From: Eledone cirrhosa
Lineage: Eukaryota
Reading direction: 5' to 3'
NCBI GenBank assembly: GCA_964016885.1
Contig: OZ024742.1
Span: 292,888,001-292,952,000, forward strand
Length of the DNA stretch: 64,000 nucleotides
This document shows positions 61,501-64,000 of the stretch, in pieces. Every line of letters starts with the position of its first letter. Position 1 is the first letter of the stretch. The position numbers and the translations under genes are program-made. Below the pieces are notes generated by a model that saw only the letters and a program-made list of their open reading frames with translations, made no database searches and was not told where the DNA came from.

Positions 61501-64000
61501 AGCTTAATAGATATATCTGGTCATAAACACAACTATACTGAGTCAAGGTGATAGCTTAATAGATATATCTAGTCATAAACACAACTATATTACTGAGTCA
61601 AGGTGATAGCTTAATAGATATATCTAGTCATAAACACAACTATTCTGAGTCAAGGTGATAGCTTAATAGATATATCTGGTCATACACACAACTATACTGA
61701 GTCAAGGTGATAGCTTAATAGATATATCTGGTCATAAACACAACTATACTGAGTCAAGGTGATAGCTTAATAGATATATCTAGTCATAAACACAACTATA
61801 TTACTGAGTCAAGGTGATAGCTTAATAGATATATCTAGTCATAAACACAACTATATTACTGAGTCAAGGCGATAGCTTAATAGATATATCTAGTCATAAA
61901 CACAACTATACTGAGTCAAGGTGATAGCTTAATAGATATATCTGGTCATAAACACAACTATATTACTGAGTCAAGGTGATAGCTTAATAGATAAATCTAG
62001 TCATAAACACAACTATATTACTGAGGCAAGGTGATAGCTTAATAGATATATCTAGTCATAAACACAACTATATTACTGAGTCAAGGTGATAGCTTAATAG
62101 ATATATCTAGTCATAAACACAACTATATTACTGAGTCAAGGTGATAGCTTAATAGATATATGTAGTCATAAACACAACTATATTACTGAGTCAAGGTGAT
62201 AGCTTAATAGATATATCTAGTCATAAACACAACTATATTACTGAGTAAAGGTGATAGCTTAATAGATATATCTGGTCATAAACACAACTATACTGAGTCA
62301 AGGTGATAGCTTAATAGATATATCTAGTCATAAACACAACTATATTACTGAGTCAAGGTGATAGCTTAATAGATATATCTAGTCATAAACACAACTATAC
62401 TGAGTCAAGGTGATAGCTTAATAGATATATCTGGTCATAAACACAACTATACTGAGTCAAGGTGATAGCTTAATAGATATATGTAGTCATAAACACAACT
62501 ATATTACTGAGTCAAGGTGATAGCTTAATAGATATATGTAGTCATAAACACAACTATATTACTGAGTAAAGGTGATAGCTTAATAGATATATCTGGTCAT
62601 AAACACAACTATACTGAGTCAAGGTGATAGCTTAATAGATATATCTAGTCATAAACACAACTATATTACTGAGTCAAGGTGATAGCTTAATAGATATATC
62701 TAGTCATAAACACAACTATACTGAGTCAATGTGATAGCTTAAGAGATATATCTGGTCATAAACACAACTATACTGAGTCAAGGTGATAGCTTAATAGATA
62801 TATCTAGTCATAAACACAACTATATTACTGAGTCAAGGTGATAGCTTAATAGATATATCTAGTCATAAACACAACTATATTACTGAGACAAGGTGATAGC
62901 TTAATAGATATATCTAGTAATAAACACAACTATACTGAGTCAAGGTGGTAGCTTAATAGATATATCTGGTCATAAACACAACTATATTACTGAGTCAAGG
63001 TGATAGCTTAATAGATATATCTAGTCATAAACACAACTATACTGAGTCAAGGTGATAGCTTAATAGATATATCTAGTCATAAACCAACTATATTACTGAG
63101 TCAAGGTGATAGCTTAATAGATATATCTAGTCATAAACACAACTATATTACTGAGTCAAGGTGATAGCTTAATAGATATATCTGGTCATAAACACAACTA
63201 TATTACTGAGTCAAGGTGATAGCTTAATAGATATATCTAGTCATAAACACAACTATACTGAGTCAAGGTGATAGCTTAATAGATATATCTGGTCATAAAC
63301 ACAACTATACTGAGTCAAGGTGATAGCTTAATAGATATATCTAGTCATAAACACAACTATATTACTGAGTCAAGGTGATAGCTTAATAGATATATCTAGT
63401 CATAAACACAACTATATTACTGAGGCAAGGTGATAGCTTAATAGATATATCTAGTCATAAACACAACTATAGTACTGAGTCAAGGTGATAGCTTAATAGA
63501 TATATCTAGTCATAAACACAACTATATTACTGAGTCAAGGTGATAGCTTAATAGATATATGTAGTCATAAACACAACTATATTACTGAGTCAAGGTGATA
63601 GCTTAATAGATATATCTAGTCATAAACCAACTATATTACTGAGTCAAGGTGATAGCTTAATAGATATATCTAGTCATAAACACAACTATATTACTGAGTC
63701 AAGGTGATAGCTTAATAGATATATCTAGTCATAAACACAACTATATTACTGAGTCAAGGTGATAGCTTAATAGATATATCTGGTCATAAACACAACTATA
63801 CTGAGTCAAGGTGATAGCTTAATAGATATATCTAGTCATAAACACAACTATATTACTGAGTCAAGGTGATAGCTTAATAGATATATCTAGTCATAAACAC
63901 AACTATACTGTGTCAAGGTGATAGCTTAATAGATATATCTAGTCATAAACACAACTATATTACTGAGTCAAGGTGATAGCTTAATAGATATATCTAGTCA

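Larger units (their letters stand above)
1..64000. repeat. Satellite DNA: tandem array of a 52/55-bp AT-rich monomer, about 1,190 copies, truncated by both window edges
   Basis: Unit 1 spans 1-52 and CAACTATA recurs at 53 and 105. The consensus CAACTATA[TTA]CTGAGTCAAGGTGATAGCTTAATAGATATATCT(A/G)GTCATAAACA repeats continuously to 64000. Most units differ only by the 3-bp indel, the A/G site and 0-1 further changes. 16 G+C per 52-55 bp in the A form. Confidence 0.99.

Noticed and set aside
1-64000. CRISPR array
   Set aside because: There are no unique spacers: the entire 52/55-bp unit repeats. No leader or cas genes are present.
1-64000. Repeat-encoded protein or long ORF suggested by the 3-bp indel
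   Set aside because: Units of 52 and 55 bp are not multiples of 3, and both strands carry several TAA/TAG/TGA per unit, so every frame closes within at most three monomers.
1-64000. Long/short and A/G pattern as a deliberate information code or variable cassette system
   Set aside because: The pattern is explained by nested segmental duplications with additive offsets. No recombinase, reverse transcriptase or target gene is visible.
1-64000. Pure sequencing or rolling-circle concatemer artefact
   Set aside because: Rare variants recur in ordered, hierarchical, region-specific patterns, unlike random error on one template. Individual block duplications could still be mis-assemblies.
1-64000. 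Plasmid iterons, telomerase-type repeats, or tRNA/5S rRNA tandem gene arrays
   Set aside because: Copy number and unit length do not fit iterons, and there is no rep gene. There is no short G-rich telomeric motif, no cloverleaf, no Pol III A/B boxes and no rRNA similarity that I can recognise.
1-64000. Internal repeat of a transposon such as a Helitron/Helentron or MITE
   Set aside because: This is a possible origin for such satellites, but no termini, target-site duplications or coding remnants lie in the window, so it cannot be supported.

Overview
The whole 64-kb window is one uninterrupted, head-to-tail, single-orientation tandem array (satellite DNA, about 30% GC, no CpG in the consensus). 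The monomer is CAACTATA[TTA]CTGAGTCAAGGTGATAGCTTAATAGATATATCT(A/G)GTCATAAACA, 52 bp without and 55 bp with the 3-bp insert, giving roughly 1,190 copies (64000 divided by about 53.7). I found no genes, RNA genes, CRISPR spacers, inserted mobile elements, inversions or unique flanks, and the array runs off both ends. The informative signal lies in the order of monomer variants. Rare substitutions recur at exact multi-kb offsets (2423, 3395, 1769, 3759, 1616, 3336, 4568, 2689, 2582 bp). They define nested segmental duplications, regional sub-families and a conserved variant order resembling an irregular higher-order repeat. The size and organisation suggest a eukaryotic heterochromatic satellite, but I cannot name the family or host. 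I see no sequence support for a novel gene-based system. All offsets were counted by hand.
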